A stretch of DNA of 64,000 nt from Hyphochytrium catenoides. Taxonomy: Eukaryota; Protista; Hyphochytriomycota. Below are positions 60,729 to 64,000 of the stretch, piece after piece. Numbering within the stretch: the first letter of the stretch is position 1; every line of letters starts with the position of its first letter. Made by a program: the position numbers and the translations under genes. The notes beneath the pieces were generated by a model. It was not told the origin of the DNA. It was given only the letters and a program-made list of their open reading frames with translations, and ran no database searches. The stretch lies in NCBI GenBank assembly GCA_900088475.1, contig FLMG01002232.1, positions 6,338-70,337 on the forward strand. Reading direction: 5' to 3'.

Positions 60729-60801
60729 TGGAGGTGCGGGGTATCGATCCCCGTGCCTCTCGCATGCTAAGCGAGCGCTCTACCATCTGAGCTACACCCC
60801 C
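60729..60801 (-). tRNA. tRNA-Ala-AGC: tRNA-Ala (AGC)
   Basis: GGGGGTGTAGCTCAGATGGTAGAGCGCTCGCTTAGCATGCGAGAGGCACGGGGATCGATACCCCGCACCTCCA; 73 nt cloverleaf with the G3:U70 Ala identity pair and a T6 Pol III terminator 4 nt downstream. Confidence 0.97.
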
Positions 60802-62834
60802 TGAGATGTAGGGGACAAGTTATTTCCCAAGAATATGAAGGTATTGACACCATTTGATGGGCGTTAGCGGTACAGCAGATCAGACACCTCTTCCTCCAAT
60901 TCTCTATAAGAATTGTCTTTTCTTTGATGAAGAAGAATAGAAGAATAATATTGGAGTAGCAGCTTGGACGACAGTAGCTGACCAAGCACTTGGGAAGGAG
61001 GGGGCCTAGCCTCAATCCCACTTGTTTTTTTGTTGAACTTCTCTCTTATTATAGTTCTATTGCTCTGGTGGAAATAGAAGACAGCTTTCTTTTTTATTGA
61101 TGAGCAGTAAAAAAAGTCCACCAGTCGTCGCACCTCCTCTTCGTTCGATCCCGCCCGCTCCTCCCGCTCCTCATCACCTCCTCCAGCACGATGCATAAGG
61201 AAATACTATATGAATTCATTATTCTCTACTATTATAATGGTTCTTTCACCACTACTATTGTCGTCCTGTGGCGATTTACAAAGAAAGGCGGAGAAGAACG
61301 TGTGCGGCGAAGCCGATGAGAAAGTTAGAGAAGTTAAGGAAGGTAGCAGCAGTACCAGCAAACCACCATGAGCTACAAGGGCATAATGCAAGAAGCACAG
61401 ATGGATGATGATGATCAACAAGAAGCAACAAGCACAATAATCATAGTCGTATTTTGATTCGTTGTCGCTCCTACCCATCATTTCCGTCCGACCTGCAGGC
61501 CGCCCACGAGTCGTGAAGCAGGAGACAATCACTACGCAGCAGAATGATGGTGATGTTCGACGAACACCACTAACTACCACCACTACGTCTAACGTGAAGA
61601 AGAGAAGACCCACCACTACCCTTCGCGCTGCACTCATCGTGAATCAAAGTTCATCATAAGAAGAAGAGGAGAAAAAGAGAAGGTATCGACTTACCCACAG
61701 GCCCATAATAATGAAGGAAGAAGGAGCCTCATGGACTGCATGCTATGTTGATGTTACATCAAGGTGAACGATGTGGCGCCTCCTTTTTGCCTTCCCTTCA
61801 GCAGTGGAGGATCTTCTGAAGTTTTCTAAAATGTACTAATTACATCCTGTCACTCCTCTTCTCTCGCTCTTTTGCGCGGCATATGGTGTTTGCTTTTCTG
61901 CTCGCTCGGCGACGCAGGCAGATGATGTCGCCACCTACTAACGCCGCTCGTAGTAACCCCCGGAAGATCTGAACATTAGAAAGAACATGACCTTTTGAGG
62001 TGGTCACCTAAGTTATCAAGAATCAATGCTTATTATAGTTGGCAACAACAACTGGCCTTTTCTATAATAGATCAATAACAACAAAAAAACAATATCTACT
62101 CGTCATCACCGCACCATCCCTTCTAACGGGGCACATGGCCTGAGGCAATTGCGAGACCTTGTGAAGAAGAAGCTTCTGAAAAGTAGGCATTTTCCAATGA
62201 TCAACATGGGAAATTCTGGGTCTCTCATGCTAAGTAGGTTGGAGCCTCATCACAGTGATGCGTCATCGAAGAGCTAGACGAACCAGGGACTGGGAGCTGT
62301 CAGAAGTTAAGGAAGAAGGAGTCGGAGAGGTCAGGTAGGAAGCCAAGGAGGAGTAATGGTCCGTCAAAATTAAAGAGGGCTGCGATCTTATGGTGTAGTA
62401 ATGTGAGCAACAGTAGTAGTGTACGTGAAGTTGTAGGGATGATGTAGGCAAGACCACCAGCTAAGAGACGAGTAGTAGAGAGAGAGAGAAGAAAGAGAAA
62501 GAGAAAAGAGGAGACAGAGAGAAGCTATGATAGATGACTGAGTAGGAGGAACAGTAGGAAGTAGGAACTAACAAGCAGGCAGTGGGAAGTGGGAATCAGT
62601 CAGGAGTTAGCTGTATCATCATCGTCGTCGTAAAGCTCCTTGTAGTAACACCCGCTCGCTAGCCTTCACAAGGTATTATCGCAGCAGCTGCTGGTTCAGT
62701 CAGGCCAGATGATGTCCTGCTCCATTATTCCACCAGGCAGCAAACTCTTGCCTCCTCACTCAGCAGCAGCAGCAATCATCGTTACTATGGAGCTGTGCAG
62801 GAAGCTGAAGGAACAACAACATGAAAAAAATGCC

Positions 62835-62907
62835 TGGAGATGCGGGGTATCGATCCCCGTGCCTCTCGCATGCTAAGCGAGCGCTCTACCATCTGAGCTA
62901 CATCCCC
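62835..62907 (-). tRNA. tRNA-Ala-AGC: tRNA-Ala (AGC), acceptor-stem variant A5-U68
   Basis: Same body as the other copies but starts GGGGATG and ends CATCTCCA; T7 terminator. Confidence 0.97.
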
Positions 62908-63103
62908 CCGATGATGCGTCTCTGGCAAAGTATATCATTCTTGTACGTAGCAGGAAGAAGTAGTACCATAGTAGTTCCATAGCCACCAGACAAAACGAAT
63001 GGCTCCCGACTTCTCCCCTTTTACATACAGTAAAAAAAAACGCCTCACAGAAGCCCTGTCCACCAGCATTCTGTACTGTCAAACTACAAAAGAAAAAAAG
63101 TTG

Positions 63104-63176
63104 TGGAGGTGCGGGGTATCGATCCCCGTGCCTCTCGCATGCTAAGCGAGCGCTCTACCATCTGAGCTACACCCCC
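63104..63176 (-). tRNA. tRNA-Ala-AGC: tRNA-Ala (AGC)
   Basis: Identical to the 60729-60801 copy; T7 terminator. Confidence 0.97.
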
Positions 63177-63273
63177 AGTTGTCTGGTGCAGAGTGAAAAG
63201 TCTAAGTACAAGTTAGCCAAGCAAACGACAGGGAACGGAAGACTGAATGCCAAGGCTTGGAAGCAAAAAGTTT

Positions 63274-63346
63274 TGGAGGTGCGGGGTATCGATCCCCGTG
63301 CCTCTCGCATGCTAAGCGAGCGCTCTACCATCTGAGCTACACCCCC
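63274..63346 (-). tRNA. tRNA-Ala-AGC: tRNA-Ala (AGC)
   Basis: Identical to the 60729-60801 copy; T5 terminator and TATATA about 30 nt upstream. Confidence 0.97.
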
Positions 63347-64000
63347 TCGCTTAAGAAATGTTGTGTTTGAGCTAGTATATATACCAGACATTATATCTGA
63401 TGTGACAACGATTTTTTTGCGACATTTTATGATTACTTCGTCATCAAGAGTGATACCCTATTGTAAGAGGATGACCTCACTCATATAAATATTTGGGTCT
63501 TTTATGAACGATGTAACCTAGTTCTAAGACGTCCTCCCTGGTTTCTTCCATAAACGCGACTTTTATGAGACGAGCTTGGCTTTTTGATTGTTCAAGGTTT
63601 GTCGAAGAACAGTAAGGGTTCTGTTCTTCTAATCATCAAGTCGTGAATCTTCTGACAGCTGTAAAAACAGTAAAAGCACTCTCTCGCTTGCTCTTTGCGG
63701 TGTGAAGAGGAGAGTCATCACTGAGCTGGGGGTAAGATCGTCATTGGGCGCATGGCAGTCAGAAAGGCGTCGTGGCAATCTTCTATGCATGTAATCGAAG
63801 CGCTGTGCACGGCACGTCAGTAGTTGGTCTTTGCCTCTCTCTCTCCGCGTGGCTCTGTGCCCGACTTTAGACTTCATTGCATCAGCGAGGGCGTGTCGAC
63901 TTTTCAGCGGTGAGAGTATATAGTCGCCCTCCTGGCCCTCTAAGAAGAGTAGAAGTATACTCAAGCCAAGACCTCGTCAGCCTCCATGGAGATGAATGGT

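Noticed and set aside
60864-62820. ORFs and a GTAAGT donor-like site between tRNA copies 1 and 2
   Set aside because: Triplet-repeat-rich low-complexity sequence with no domain and no coherent exon chain
63629-64000. Possible 3' exon of a minus-strand gene running off the window
   Set aside because: No recognisable motif; cannot be supported without flanking sequence

Overview
Gene-dense eukaryotic draft-assembly window with GT-AG introns of roughly 60-500 nt, many (AG)n/(CT)n microsatellites and two N-gaps. The IFT70/TTC30 gene implies a flagellated organism; a stramenopile/SAR-type protist is my inference from the look of CUL3 and TTC30. Fourteen protein-coding genes can be assembled by hand: guanine deaminase, an intronless ZNFX1-like helicase with RZ finger, a p24/GOLD protein with a mucin-like stalk, an EcKL/APH-like kinase, TTC30/IFT70, MRI1, SAM50, a RelA/SpoT-like nucleotidyltransferase fused to about 16 TPR repeats, a membrane-anchored aspartic protease, PMS2, a LOA1/VPS66-like acyltransferase, CUL3, cyclin L and an SLC25A32-like carrier. 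There are also four tRNA-Ala(AGC) genes. The most interesting element is the roughly 1006-aa RelA/SpoT-like synthetase-TPR fusion (30668-34024). It is hidden across three ORFs and has the architecture of a ligand-gated nucleotide-messenger or nucleotidylating enzyme. Next is the intronless ZNFX1-like RNA-sensor/E3 gene. Two GC-AG introns and several young tandem duplications were also found. All family assignments come from motif recognition only; no searches were run.
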